A DNA stretch of 64,000 bases from Octopus sinensis (lineage: Eukaryota). The position numbers and the translations under genes are program-made. The notes under the pieces were generated by a model. It saw only the letters and a program-made list of their open reading frames with translations, was not told the DNA's origin and made no database searches. The stretch covers positions 209,870,001 to 209,934,000 of the forward strand of contig NC_042997.1 in the NCBI RefSeq assembly GCF_006345805.1. The letters run 5' to 3'. Shown here piece after piece: positions 24,351 through 38,255 of the stretch; position 1 is the first letter of the stretch, and each line of letters starts with the position of its first letter.

Positions 24351-25609
24351 CTAAATATGAAGAACAGAAAGTTAAGAAGAGGGTGGTCGTTGCAGGGGAG
24401 ATAACTCGTATAAATATACACATTGATGCCAAGACACTATTACCACCATAAATTCTCCCAGAAAAACACCAGGTAGTCCGCGGTTAACCAAAGTTTTAAT
24501 TCATTTTCTTTCTTCTACTAGCCTATCATGTAGTGTGTTTTTCTCGGCGAATTTATGGTGGTAATAGTGTCTTTTGACGTCTATTTTTCAGTGCGTGGTG
24601 AGGCATTAGCCAAGCCCTTGTTATAATTATGTATATATTTATAAAATTTACCTATGAGGTTTTATTTCCATGCTGACCACCTGGTAAAAATCATTGATTT
24701 TTACCCTCTATTGGCCGTTTGCCAGCCTCCTCTGGCCCCTGTGCTGGTGGCACATAAAAAGCACCCACTACACTCTCGGAGTGGTTGGCTTTAGGAAGGG
24801 CATCCAGCTGTAGAAACACTGCCCAACCAGACTGGAGCCTGGTGCAGCCTCCATGGCTTACCAGACGCCGGTCAAACCGTCCAACCCATGCTTGCATGGA
24901 AAAGGGACGTTAAATGATGATAATGATGATGTATAAATAGGTAAGTTTTGCTGTACATAAACGCTTTTTTAAAAAAATCTATTTGATTATTTCCAATATA
25001 TTCTATATTCCCCATCAAATATAAAGATATAAGGTCATCATCTGTTTATATTTTTATATGTATAGGTTTATATTAATGGCTGAGTATATCTTTTTCCGTT
25101 ACTTATTTCTAAAACATTTGCAGGAGTGGAACCTGGTGCAGCCTCCTGGCTTGCCAGTCGTTGGTCAAACCGTCCAACCCATGCCAGCATGGAAAGTGGA
25201 TGTTAAATGATGATGATGATGATGATGTATATATATATATATATATATGTAGTTCTTATATTGTAGCTGAGAGTTGGTCTTGCAATTTGATTTCCATGTC
25301 ACTGTCATCTTCACACACGATGAGCTTCTTTCAGGTTCTGTTTGAGATTCCGTGACAAGGTTTCGGTCGGCCAATTGCCATAGGAAAAGGCACTCACTGA
25401 AGCAAGTGGGATTGAACCTGAAGCTATGTGGTTGGGAGGCTAACTTCATAATCACACACACACAGACAAAGAAACACATACACACAGACAAAGACACACA
25501 CAGAGACAAAGAAACACACACACACACAAAGACACACACACACACACTCACACACAGACAACACAAGACAGAATAGACAGTTGTAAAAGATTTCAAGAAG
25601 AATACATAC

Positions 25610-25752
25610 CGTGGTCAATGGGGTATGGCTTGAGACCATCCAGTTCAAAGAGGTGGCCATTTATAGGTACATAGCTGACAAAATGGAATGCTTCCATGGT
25701 TCGGACAGTTGATATACCTTGTTGTTTCTCCGGGAGGTGACGGGGCTCTGGT
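25610..25752 (-). CDS. BAP1: BAP1 exon 7 ([48 protein letters not shown]), catalytic His and Asp
   Basis: TAG/GTATG boundaries, 143 nt; FHF and ELDG motifs. Confidence 0.97.
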
Positions 25753-27760
25753 CTAAGAAATGATAGAGATACAGATGTGTGACATGGTTGTGACATAGGG
25801 AACAAAGGAAATGTAACACAGATGTGACCAGGGATAACACAGGAAATGTAACACAGATGTGGAGTGTTACAAAGTGGGCATGAAAGGAATTGTCACATTG
25901 TGTATATGTCTCTGATCTTTTAGTCAGTAGACTGTGGCCATGCTGGGGCACCACCTTGAAGAAGTTAAGTTGAATGATTCAACCTTGGTTCTTATCTTTT
26001 TTTTTAAGCCTGGTACTTATTCCGTCAATCTCTTTAGCTAAGCTGCTAAGTTACAGGGACATAGACACACCAACACCAGCTGTCATATATATATATATAC
26101 GACAGGGTTCTTTCAGTTTCTGTCTACCAAATCCACTCACAAAGGTTTGGTCAGCTTGAAGCTACAGTAGAAGAAACTCGACCAAGGTGTCATGCAGCGA
26201 GACCGAACCCAGAACCATTTGACTGGGAAGCAAGTTTCTTACCACACAGCCACATCTGTGCCTATATATGCACTAGATACATACATACATCTATAATAAA
26301 TGCCAAAACGAATTTCTGTGTGTCAGTGTGTCACATTTTGGCCCCCTCTCTCACTATTCAATGACACTTCTTCTACTCCTCTTGCTGGGGTGAAAGTAAT
26401 GGAAGGCACAGAGATGGTGAAGGCAGTAGTTGATTGACGGTTATGATGGTAATGGTATGATAGTAATAGTATGAGCTGTAGTTGTGACAGAGGCGGAGGC
26501 GATGGTGATGACGATGGTAGTGGTGGTAGCCGAGGTGGTCAGGAATGATGGTGATAGTAAGCGATGTGAAAGACAGTGGTGATGGTGGTGGAGGGAGAAG
26601 GCAGACAAAATCAAAGGTATTGATGGTGGTGGTGTTAGAAGTCTGAATGCTATGTGTATGGCAGTTGTGGTGGCGATGGTGATGGTTGAAAATAATTTAT
26701 AAAAAGAGAGAGAGAAAGAAAGAAAGAGGTTAGACAGAAAAAAAAATTGTACTGACCCCGGAATGAAAAGACAAAAAAATTGTTTATCATGAAGCTTTGC
26801 AATAAGTTCCAAGTTGACATATTATATTGTTTTTGACGAAAATTGTTCATTACTTGACAAATATTGGTCAAGTTTAATAAAATCTAATATGTACTCAATA
26901 CATGAAGTATCATTATTGGGCTCAAAGTCCAATGAAGAGCCCTCCACAGGAGCCAGCTTAAAAGCCACCTGATAGGGTGGCTTTTAAGTTAGTATATTAT
27001 ATACATATGTGGAGGTGCAATGGCCCAGTGGTTAGGGCAGCGGACTCGCGGTTTCGATTCCCAGACCGGGCGTTGTGAGTGTTTATTGAGTGAAAACACC
27101 TAAAGCTCCACGAGGCTCCGGCAGGGGGTGGTGGCAATCCCTGTTGTACTCTTTCGCCACAACTTTCTCTCACTCTTTCTTCTGTTGGCCTGCTCACTTA
27201 GCCAGCGGGGTGGCGTCATTCGAAGGCTAAAAGAATGGGAAGCGCATTGTGACCTGTGTTGTGTAGCAACATCTGATAGCCTGGTCGGTCACCATGATAT
27301 TATATACATATATTCACACACACACACTCATATGCAGTAATCCCTTGCCATATTGAGGTTCACCTATCGCCATTTATTATTTAAGCTTACATAGATTCCT
27401 CCATGGTGTTGTTTTGTATTTATAATAAAATAAATATATACAAATTATAAAAAGAATAATAAAAAATATACAGTACAGTAGTTTCTACTTCGTGGATTTT
27501 CACCTATCGCATGAGGGGTGGTGGGGCCTTTGGAACGTAAAACCAGTGACAGTCGAGGGATTATTGTACATACATGCATGCACACACGTATATGTACATA
27601 AGAGGGTAACTATGAGAGATGTGCTGTACATATTTTAAAATTGGGAAATAAACCCTTCAAAAACAGAATTTGGAAAACAGAAATTGTTTTTTATTTTTGT
27701 GTGTTCCCTCCTTGTGGTAAGTAAAACATTAGATTTAGTATGAAGAAGTCACTAGGTTAC

Positions 27761-27822
27761 CTGGCATGACTGTTGTGGGCTCGAGCAAGTTCTGGCATAT
27801 TACCGATAGCATGGCCTTTATC
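27761..27822 (-). CDS. BAP1: BAP1 exon 6 ([21 protein letters not shown])
   Basis: CAG/GTAAC boundaries, 62 nt. Confidence 0.95.
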
Positions 27823-29048
27823 CTGAGGAGAAAAAAAAACATAAAAATAATTATTCCAAGATATTATAAATCAAGGGAATTGATATCATCAGCATCATCA
27901 TCATCACCATCGCTTAATGTCTGCCTTCCATGCTGGCATGGGTTGGATGATTTGACTGAGGGCTGGCCAACCAGATGGCTGCACCAGGTTTCAATCTTGA
28001 TCTGGCAGAGTTTCTACAGCTGGATGCCCTTCCTAACACCAACCACTCCGAGAGTGTATTGGGTGCTTTTACGTGCCACCGGCACGGGGCCAGTCAGGCG
28101 GTACTGGCAACGACCTCGCTCAAATCTTTTACACGTGCCACTGGCACAGGTGCCAGTGAAGCGATGCTAGTAATTAATATGCGATTAAATATTTTACATT
28201 GAGAGATTGCAAAGAAAGAGAGGGAAGAGAGAAAGATACTCGAAATGTTTCTAACTCTGTTTAAGCAAATGTGATCATGTTGTTTATCATCATCATCATC
28301 TTCAATTATCATCAGTTTTCTATGCTGGCATGCATTAGATTGTTTGACAGTAACTGTCAAGGCCTGGAGTCACATCAGCTTCGACTGCCTGTTTCCGCAT
28401 GGTTTTTACAAGTGGATGTCCTTCCTAATGCCATCCACTTTACAGAGTGTACTGGGTGCTTTTTTATGTGGCACCAGGTCCAGCCCCCAACACTCCTTAT
28501 GTGGCACTGGTGCGTTTTACAGTAAAAAATATACTCCTTAGCTCAGTGATTCCCATGTGAAGACCAGCACAGTTGAAATACCTCACTGGAAGAACAAGGG
28601 TTGGTGACAGGAAGAGCACCCAGTAGTGGAAGATGTATCTTAATAGGTTACGTGTAAATGAAGCATGGAAAAAAAACCCCACAAATGAACATAAAAAAAA
28701 GGTCTCGACGATGATGATGATGATTTTGTGAAGGTTATCTCCACGGATAGTCTATAGAACTTATAACCAGCACTCATTTCTGTTACAACGTTTCGTATCG
28801 AGATGTCAGATGTAAACAAACAATGAGATCGAAGACAAAAATGGGGAATGAGTGTATAGGCCCATCGATTGAAGGGTACTTTTAAACAGGCCAGTTATGC
28901 GACGCAGGCATTGGCCATGGCTACAATCTCACTTGGCCTGCTGGGTCTTCTCAGGCAGCTTCGAAGTATATTATGGCTGCATAATGAAATACCTACAAGT
29001 CATTAGATGATGATGATGACGATGAAGAATATTTGGTAGAGGACTTAC

Positions 29049-29168
29049 TTCTGGATTCATGTTCTTGGTAAATTCTTTTAGTTTGGAGAGAGTTTTACCA
29101 TGTCTGACCTTGTCATTGTTTAGAAGAATACTGAGTAAGGCATGAGTGGCACAAGAGTTTGGTATCAC
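29049..29168 (-). CDS. BAP1: BAP1 exon 5 (VIPNSCATHALLSILLN...NMNPE), catalytic Cys
   Basis: CAG/GTAAG boundaries, 120 nt; PNSCATHALLS motif. Confidence 0.96.
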
Positions 29169-30476
29169 CTGTAAAGGTAAGAAACAAATGTTAAAGACGC
29201 AGGGTGAGGTGTGGGTGTGTGGGTAAGAAGCTTACTTCCCAATCACGTGGTCTCAGGTTCAGTCCCTTTGCATGGTACCTTGGGATGACCAAAGCTTTGT
29301 GAGTGGATTTGGTAGATGGAAACTGAAAGAATCCTCCCCTTCCCCTCCACCCACTGGACTACCACATTATCTCCCTCATGTAAAATACCTGTTTTCTCTC
29401 TCTTCCCTTCTCCTGCAGTGTACCCCCTAAAAATGGCATCTCTCTCCTCCTCCTTTCAATTATATCATCATTATTATCCTGTCGTTACCATTCCTCATGC
29501 ACCACAAGCCATCTTCCAGCCCCTCCGTCCACCCTTTAACCCTTTTCAATCTTTACAGACGTTCCTTACCCCACCTCTCCCGTTTCCTCTATCTCTTGCC
29601 TCTCCATACACCCTTACGAGTTCCCCCCACCCACTCCTAGCTTCTCAATTCCCACTCATTTCTACCCACCTCCTACCTTTAGGGGCCATCAAGACATCTC
29701 ATTACTACCATTTACCACTTTGCAGCTCCCTCTGATTCATCCTCTCTCTGTCCCCTAAATGTGAAAAAACCATTCAGCTTCTCTACAAGAACCCGCCCTG
29801 CCCTGACCCTTTCTCTAACCCTTTAAACTCCACCCAGCATACAGATGCCCTTTCCCACCTCCTCCAAGTATTATTAGCCTGAGCCACAGAAACATCTGCT
29901 GTTTTGGCCCATAATCAGGGCCTTTGACAAATGCTACCACCCTGGGCCAGAGCAACCCTGAGAATAACCCCAAACTCCCAAGCTGGAGCCTCGTTACTGG
30001 ATGCAGTTTAATGTCTTGCCCACAATTAGTCGTCTGTGGGTGCAGGCGTGGCTCTGTGGTTAAGAAGTTTGCTTCCCAACCACAAGGTTCTGGGTTCAGT
30101 CCCACTGTGTGGCAGCTTAGGAAAGTGTCTTTTACTATAGCCTTGAGTTGGCCAAAGCCTTTAAGTGGATTTGGTAGATGGAAACTGAAAGAAGCTTGTC
30201 AAGTGTGTGTGTATGTGTGTGTGTTTGTGTTATTCCCCCCCCACTTGACAACCAGTGTTGGTGTGTTTATGTCCCTGTAAATTAACAGTTTGGCAAAAGA
30301 GACTGATAGAACAAGTACCGGGCTTAGAAACAGGTAAGTATTGGAGTAAAAATTCTTCAAGGCAATGCCCCAGCATGGCCACAGTCTAATGACTGAAACA
30401 AGATAAAAAGCTACGGGCATCAGCCCTCGCTCAAAGACAAATAAAAAAGAAAAGAAAAGGTATGAAGAATTCTTAC

Positions 30477-30606
30477 CTGTTTGGCAAAGAAAATGCTATT
30501 GACAGCTTTCTCATCTATCAGGAAAAACTCCTCTTCTGTATTGGTCTTGCGTCGACATCTTCGCTCTTCAATCCAGCGGAAGAGGAAGATAAAACCATAA
30601 ACAGGT
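30477..30606 (-). CDS. BAP1: BAP1 exon 4 ([20 protein letters not shown]...IFFAKQ)
   Basis: CAG/GTAAG boundaries, 130 nt; includes the oxyanion Gln. Confidence 0.95.
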
Positions 30607-30854
30607 CTGGAGGAGAGGAAAAAGGGAAACATGGTGGAGGTTATCTGGACAGGAAACAGGATGGTGATGATGATAGTGATGATGATGTTGATAAAGATGA
30701 TGATAATGATGATGCAGACTATGAGGAAGGCAATATTGCTTGTTTGTGTTGCTTAGCCCCAGGTCAGCCTTAACTGAACAGGTGTATAATCAAAGGCATT
30801 CCAGCCACGACCATCCATTCTTTTACATATCTACAATTAATTGTCCAATGTATC

Positions 30855-31170
30855 CTTCCTTTCAGTTCTATATTTAAGAGATGAGGAATTATTTACATTA
30901 TTTACATTTGATGGATATTTGTCCTCATCTTGTTTGTTGATGTTATTATTATTATTATTATTATTATTCAGGTCACTGCCTGGAATCGAACTCGGAATTT
31001 TGGGGTTAGTAATAATAATGATAACATTGAAAAATACCTTAGGAATGAGAACCCAGGTTCGAAATTTCCCCAAGACACCTGAAGAAGGTTGGAGGGTATA
31101 TCAGCCGAAACGTTGTGTTAACAACAAACAAGATGAGGACAAATATCTGTTGAATGTAAATAATGTATAT
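30855..31170. mobile_element. Second inverted pair of the tRNA/hammerhead element
   Basis: The - copy has tail, (AAT)n and B-box head but no hammerhead; the + copy has hammerhead and tail. Confidence 0.75.
31074..31119 (+). ncRNA. Minimal hammerhead ribozyme (family 1, intact core, CUGAAGA variant)
   Basis: gacac-CTGAAGA-A-ggttg...cagcc-GAAAC-GTT-gtgtt; stem II change gives a G-U wobble. Confidence 0.75.
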
Positions 31171-31705
31171 CCTTCCTTTTGTACATAGACAGTATGTAAT
31201 TTGAGGATTTGTCTGTCTGTTATTTCTGGCAGGTCAGACAACTGCATACAAGCTCCATCATCGAATTGATAATGATGATGATGATTTACACCTGATTCAA
31301 AAGAAAAAAGGTGTTCCAGGCATGCAGGGCTGGTTCTAAGTTAATTAGACAGACTTGTTCAAATTGTGCCCTGTACCAAGAGAGGGCCCCATGCACACGC
31401 TTGAGCAGATGAAGAATTAAACCCCCTTTTTTATCTTTCCGGGTCACAAGCAGATTTACCCCATGACTTTAGAAAAAAGTCTTACTTAAATGTAATATTT
31501 ATTTTCAATCTTCAGCTTTCAAAAAGCAGGTCCCATTGACAATTCCCTAATTGGGCTCTGCACTTCCTAGCACTGGCCCCGAGCCATGGCCATTCCAATT
31601 TTTTTATTCAGACAGTCTGCTTAGGTCTACATTATAAAATGTCCTATGACGGGGATGTTCGTTTTCAACAATTATGTGATGTCAAGACGAGGGGACAAAA
31701 ACACT

Positions 31706-31931
31706 CACATATAACACAAGGGAGTAACGTAAAGTTCCTGGCTTTGAGGGTATCGCAAAAGACCTAGTTAGAGGCCTAACCTTCCAAGTTCTTTTTACAG
31801 GGCTCAGAAAAGGACTACTGCAATAAGTGTGTGAGTCTGAGATGGAAATATGTTGAATAAAATCATAATTAATCGATTCTCCTGTGTTTTCTTTTACACA
31901 AAACTAGGAACTTTTCAGTCCCCACCTTGTA
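31706..31931. mobile_element. Mariner-type MITE
   Basis: Ends acaagggagtaacgtaaagttcctggcttt and aaaactaggaacttttcagtccccaccttgta are imperfect inverted repeats. Confidence 0.6.
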
Positions 31932-32679
31932 CATACATGTGTGTGTGTCTCATCATCATCATCATCGTTTAATGTCCGCTTTCCATGCTGGCATGGGTTG
32001 GATGGCTTGACTGAGGGCTGGCAAGCTAGAAGGCTGTATCAAGCTCCAATCTGATCTGGCAAAGTTTCTACAGCTGGATGTCCTTCTGAATGCCAACCAC
32101 TCCGAAAGTGTAATGGGTGCTTTTTATGTGCCAATGGCATGAGGGCCAGTCAGGTGGTACTGGCATTGACCACGTTTGAATGATGCTTTTTACATGCCAC
32201 TGGCACAGGAGCCAGTCAGGCGGCACTGGCAGTGACCATGCTCGAATGGTGCTTTTTATGTGCCACCAGGATGGAAGCCAGTCAGGCAGTACTGGCAACG
32301 ACCACATTCGAATGGTACTTTTTACGTGCCAATTAGGCAGTCATCAGCCATGACTTGTATGTGTGTGTGTATATAATGACAGACTTCTTTCAGTTTCTGT
32401 CTACCAAATACACTCACAAGGATTTGGTCAGCCCAGGGCTATAATAGAAGACACTTGCCCATGGTGTCACGTAGAGGGACTGAACCTGAAACCATGTAGC
32501 TGGGAAGCAAACTTCTCTACCACATAACCAAGCTTGTAGCTGAAACTCTTGACTGGATGGGGCCCCAGGACAATGGAGCCCTAGGGCTACAATATGCATT
32601 CAAGGTGTCTATGTTCACTAAGTCCTGCAAGCCAGCCATCATACAATAAACCTTTGATCAAAGACACTCCAGCTGTGAC

Positions 32680-33445
32680 TATCTAGTGGAATCTTCAAAT
32701 ACAGTCTGCCAGCATCTAACACCAACCGCTTTAGAGAGTGCATGGGGTTCTTTTTATGTGGCACCAGCAATGCATCCTTTTGTTGTCCTTTCGAATGTTG
32801 GGATTCACAGGGGCACTGACCGAGACCTTTGGCATTATGTCGTGCTTGAGAAGAAGACAACATCAAGCCCAGTAAAACCACAGTCGTGGCAGATACTGGT
32901 ATCATGCAAATGGCACCTGTGTAGTGGAATGTTTAAGCATCTTTTGAGCATTGAGCCTCATGGAAGCAAGGCCATTTGGCATTATGCTGGGCTTTGAGCG
33001 TTGGGCCACGCAGAGGCAATGACTAAGACCTTTGGCATTACGCCGTGCTTAAGAAGAAGACCCATCAAGCCAAGTAAAATTGCAGTTGTGGCAGATACCA
33101 GTGTCACACAAATGGCACCTGTGCTGGTGGCATGTAAAAGCACTTTTCGAGCATTGGGCCTCAGTGAGGCAATGATCGAGTCCATTTGGCATTGAGAAGA
33201 AGACCCATTCAGCCAAGTAAAACCGCAGTCGTGGCAGATACTGGTGTCACACAAATGGCACCTGTGCCAGTGGTACATAAAGCACTGATTACACTCTCGA
33301 AGTGGTTCTCGTTAGGGAGAGCATCCAGCTGTAGAAACCATGCCAAAACAGATTGGAGTCTAGCACAGTCTTCCAGTTTGCCAGCCCTGGTCAAACCGCT
33401 CAGCCCATGCCAGCGTGGACAACAGATGGTAAATGATGATAATGA
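32680..33445 (+). repeat. Internally repeated extended variant of family B
   Basis: Repeated gacctttggcatt...tgagaagaagacccatcaagccaagtaaaa...gtggcagatac modules before a family-B tail; a related piece is at about 36750-36925. Confidence 0.65.
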
Positions 33446-33589
33446 ATACAAGAGCAGAACTAAATTTTGAGACCTTTCACATCTTACAGTCATCAGTCGA
33501 ACACTTTAAAAGCTTAGATACTTTAATGAAGCTTCTTCGTTAAAGAAACTAATAATTCTTAGAAAAGCATGTATGAAACTGAGGCCTAC

Positions 33590-33644
33590 CCTTCTATCTG
33601 TTTCTGTAGATCATAGATTTCTTCCACCTGGACACCTTGTACAC
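33590..33644 (-). CDS. BAP1: BAP1 exon 3 (GVQGVQVEEIYDLQKQIE-G)
   Basis: TAG acceptor, GTAGG donor, 55 nt; UCH-domain sequence. Confidence 0.95.
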
Positions 33645-34631
33645 CTAAGCAAAATCAATACAATTAATTAATACTTCTGACTTGGAATTTGCAAAAATAG
33701 ACAAAAAACTCAACATTTGGTTCAAAATTGAAATCCCAAGATTAGGAAATAACAAAAAACCATTATAATCATCCAGGTTTAATCCTTTAGCATTTAACCC
33801 TTTCGTTTTATTTTGAGATGCTCTGTGTTTCTTTCAATTAATTTTAAATATAACAAAGAATTTAGTAAAATAACTTCATTATCATTAAGCTAGGCATTTG
33901 TACTACAGAGCCAGAGGTGGTTTCAGCCAAGTTGGTAAGAATCGTCAGCACATTGGGCAAAATGCTTAGTAGTATTTTGTTTGCCACTATGTTCTGAGTT
34001 CAAATTCCGTAGGGGTCAACTTTGCCTTTCATCCTTTTGGGGTCGGTAAATTAAGTACCAATGAAGCACTGGAGTTTATGTAATCGACAGGTCCCCCACC
34101 CCACAAATTTGAGGCCTTGTGCTTCCAGTAGGAAGGATTAATTAACAGCCGAAAAGGTAGCAAGTTGGCTGAATCGTTAGCACACTGGGCGAAATGCTTA
34201 GTGGTATTTCGTCTGCCGCAACGTTCTGAGTTCAAATTCCACTGAGGTCGACTTTGCCTTTCATCCTTTCGGGATCGATAAATTAAGCACCAGTTATGCA
34301 CTGGGGTTAATGTAATTGACTTAACCCCTTCCCCAAAATTGTTTCCCTTGTGGCAAAATTTGAAACCATTATTTGGGGAGTGATAAGATAAAGAACCATT
34401 CAAGTATTGGGGTTGATGTAATCAACTTGCCCCTTCCCCTCAAAACTGCTAGCTTTGTACCAAAATTAGAGAGAACTATTATCACTAATAACTTTACACA
34501 GAGTCATTTTTTACAATAATTAAATGTAAAAACTGAAGATAAAATCATGACCTTCATGGATTTATTGGCTCCCAAATAACAGAAAATTGAGAATCTTAAA
34601 AAAAAAAAATGACCAAAATTTCATTTCTTAC

Positions 34632-34661
34632 CAAAGTCTTCCAGAAGTAATGTGAAGAGAC
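34632..34661 (-). CDS. BAP1: BAP1 exon 2 (GLFTLLLEDF-G)
   Basis: CAG acceptor, GTAAG donor, 30 nt, phase-compatible with exons 1 and 3. Confidence 0.95.
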
Positions 34662-36280
34662 CTGCAAAGAAATAAAGAATGGTAAATAAATAACAGAGAA
34701 ATGGTAAAGGTAATAATTTGACTTTAGATTTATTGTTCTATTCAGGGGAAAACATAAACTGCTGCTGTTGAGGACATATCAGCATCCTCCTCCTCCTCAT
34801 CATCATCATTTTTGTGAAAGGGTGCTTGTCAATGCTCTTCTCTGGGTACTGGTTACCAGATGCTATCGTACAGTAGACTTCCCCTTTTCCTTGATATACA
34901 TATGGAAAATCCACAAATATCCAAATAGCATAAACAAACAGATTTCAATATGAGAAGATGGACTGAAAAGGCTTTATTACAAATCACTACAAGCGTTTCA
35001 CTGCATCATTATCAGCTGTTAATTGCTGAATGTTGCATGTATTATTATATGGAATAACCTACACCAGTGTCGCTTAACAAACCCATTCAAAAGTACCTTG
35101 GATCGTAGGGCTGGCAAATAAAGTGAGCCCACAGCTGTAACCTACACCCATGTTGCATCTCCAGCCCACTCCAAAGTACCTTCGATTGTAGGGTGACATG
35201 CCGTACTTGAGGAGACCTATTGAGTCAAGTACATCAACATCAATAGCAATCATCAGCATCATTTAGCGTCCGCTTTCCATGCTAGCATGGGTTGGACAGT
35301 TCAACTGGAGTCTGGGAAGCCAGAAGGCTGCACCTGGCCCAGTCTGATCTGGCAATGTTTCATATCAAAATAAAATCAAATGGAAATAGTAGTTGTGATA
35401 CCTGTGCTGGTAGCACATAAAAAGCACCATCCGAACGTGGCTGATGCCAGCGCCGCTTTGACTGGCTTCTGTGCTGGTGGCATGTAAAAAGCACCATCTG
35501 AACATGGTCGATGCCAGCTCCTCTGGCCCCTGTGCCAGTGGCATGTAAAAAGTACCCACTACACTCTTGGAGTGGTTGGTGTTAGGAAGGGCATCCAGCT
35601 GTAGAAACAATGCCAGATCAGATTGGGGCCTGGTGCAGCCTCCTGGCTTCCCAGACTCCAGTTGAACCGTCCAACCCATGCCAGCATGGAAAACGGACGT
35701 TAAACGATGATGATGATGAGGACTGTATTGATATGATTCAATGATAGCTGTATGCACGTGCATCATTCTAGGGAAAAGCCTCCTTGACTATGTGTGGGTG
35801 GGTGGGTGGATGGGCTTTGTGTCAGGTATTTGGGTAGGTGGGTTAAAGTTTGAGAGCAGGACAAGCACGGGTGTCTTGTTTCAGAGAAGATACTCAACCA
35901 CCCCACATCGTATAAGGGTGGGTGGAAGTAGCTGAGAAGATAATATGGTTGTGATGGGGCACCAGGGCAAACCTTCAAGGAATAAGAAAGGATATACAGT
36001 CAGGGGATCAGGTGGGAGATGGGTTATAAGAGTGTGAGGGAAGAAGAGTAAGGGGTAGTTAGAGAGGGGAGGGTAGAGATGAATAGGGGTGGAGATGTGG
36101 CTTGATGGGAAATACCTGTATGAGGGGGGGGGAGTTAAAGTGAGAGAGGTAGAAGCAGCTCAGTGATGACAGGTGAGAAGAGATGATGAGTCAGGTGGGG
36201 TGGGAGATGTAGAACTACATAAGGGTGGCGAAAATGAGTTGGTGTGACAGTGAATATGATAGGGTATTGAGAATGAGAAA

Positions 36281-36516
36281 GGCGGTGAGCTGGCAGAAAC
36301 GTTAGCAAGCTGGCCAAATTGCTGAGCGGTATTTCGTCTGCCCCTATGTTCTGAGTTCAAATTCCGCCGAGGTCGACTTTGCCTTTCATCCTTTCGGGGT
36401 TGATCGAATAAGTACCAGTTACGCACTGGGGTCGATATAATCAGCTTAATCCGTTTTTCTGTCCTTGTTTGTCCCCTCTGTGTTTAGTCCCTTGTGGGTA
36501 GTAAAGAAATAGGTAT
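36281..36516 (+). mobile_element. tRNA-derived SINE family A, representative full copy
   Basis: GGCGGTGAGCTGGCAGAA head, B box GAGTTCAAATTCC, core gcctttcatcctttcggggtcga. Other copies at about 1-93(-), 4296-4630(-), 20905-21420(+), 22390-22500(-), 33985-34440(+), 42100-42600(-), 47340-47572(-), 56108-56309(-), 59928-60330(+), 60470-60650(-), 61613-61847(+). Confidence 0.85.
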
Positions 36517-37573
36517 TGAGAATGAGAGCAGATATGAGAAGTGTTAAGATGAGGCAGAGTTTATACGAAACCGGCTGAAAGTGGTGACAAAAGACTAAGT
36601 AAAAGAGAAGATTGTATCAGAAGATAGAATTGTTAAGAGGGAATACCTAACGCAGGAATGCTATCTGCAAGAAAAAACAATAGTTAAGTTAGTTTTAACC
36701 CTTTAGCATTCAGATTAGCCTGACAAATGTAATGCTTATTTCTTCACAGCATTGGGCCTCACGGAGGCAAAGTGGCCGAGTTCCTGTTGAGCTTTGTGCT
36801 TCACTAACGCAAAGTGGCTGAGTTCCTTTAGAGTGTTGTGCCTCACAGAGGCAATGACTGAGGCCATTGGCATTATGTCATGCTTGAGAAGAAGACCCAA
36901 CAAGCCCAGCAAAATTGCAGTTGTGGTGTTCCAGTTACGATCCCCACAACTTGTTTAATTCCATATCGGCTTTGAATGAGAACAGATTTGTGATCAGTCA
37001 CATTCCAGCAGTAACTACCTCATCATTTTGTATATCGAGAACTACATTGTTTAATGCATACCTGTTCGTTTAAAAAGGACAGGGTGTGACTTGAGGGAGA
37101 TTTGACTGTTGTTTCTAACAAGCTCAGTGACCACATAAAAATGTTCCTTATTGGTTGACAAAGAACCAAGTTTAGTGTAGCGGTGTTCACATGAGAAGGT
37201 GGTGGTGATGATGTTAGGAGACTCATATTGGTGCGGTGTTGGTAGGCAAATAATGATGCCGTGACGGTAAGTAAAGATGATGATGTTGTAACGATTGCGG
37301 ACACAAGGCGGGAAAAGGATGTTGATTTTATTGTAGAAGTTAATAAAGTGGACGATGCGGTGGTCGTTCCTTTCTCGAATGAAAGACGTCAGAGACTGAA
37401 GACATCGTCAGGTTGTCATAACAACAACAACAACAACATTATCGTATCATTAATCTTATCTTTAAACGAGATGAAATGTTTTTTTTTTTTTCTTAATATT
37501 TGCGTCTGCGAAGGACAAGAGATTTGGCAGAATCCCGGACAATATTTCTGGCGGTATTTAGTCACAACTGTTG

Positions 37574-37792
37574 GTACTACTTGAGAACAGTGGTCCGGTG
37601 CGCGCACTCGTGCTAGCTAGTCATGACTAGTCGATCCTTACTTTGTGATTTTGTGTGTTATTTACTTTGTTTAAAAAGATTATTTACTTTGTGTTTTATT
37701 TACTTTGCTAGGTAGTCGTTGTAGGATCGACTAGTGAGCGGATGAGCGAGTACGCGAGTGCGCGCACCGGGACCACTGTTCTCAAGTAGTAC
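37574..37792. mobile_element. CpG-rich palindromic MITE, copy 1 (BAP1 intron 1)
   Basis: TIR GTACTACTTGAGAACAGTGGTC(C)CGGTGCGCGCAC at both ends. Confidence 0.85.
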
Positions 37793-38255
37793 CCAATTGT
37801 TTACGTCCCGTGGTCAGTTTTGCTGTTCAACCCCGCTATTTAAAACAAAATACCTGTTAGGCATCGCGGTTAATAGAATCGATCACACCTACTCTTCTAA
37901 ATGGATGGCTTAATCATTACATAAGAAACCAATATTCACATCTACACCACATTTCGATCAGTTTGATTTCAGATCGTCATCAGGTTTCTTATTATTGGAT
38001 ATCTGTTATAATTCATTAGAAATAAAAGGGTCCTAGTTCGAACCCAGTTTGCTATTACTCACACACACACAAATTAATAATGACAAAAATTATAGTCTTG
38101 ATGTAAATATTAAAAGAAGGAAAACGTTTCCTTTCTAAAGATGAGGCAAATTATTTGCTAATTAGAAAATTAGATTAACACCAATTCACCTCAGTCGTAA
38201 CCTACAAACTATATTAGCTTCAATAGAAGATAAATAATAATAAAATACAACGAAC

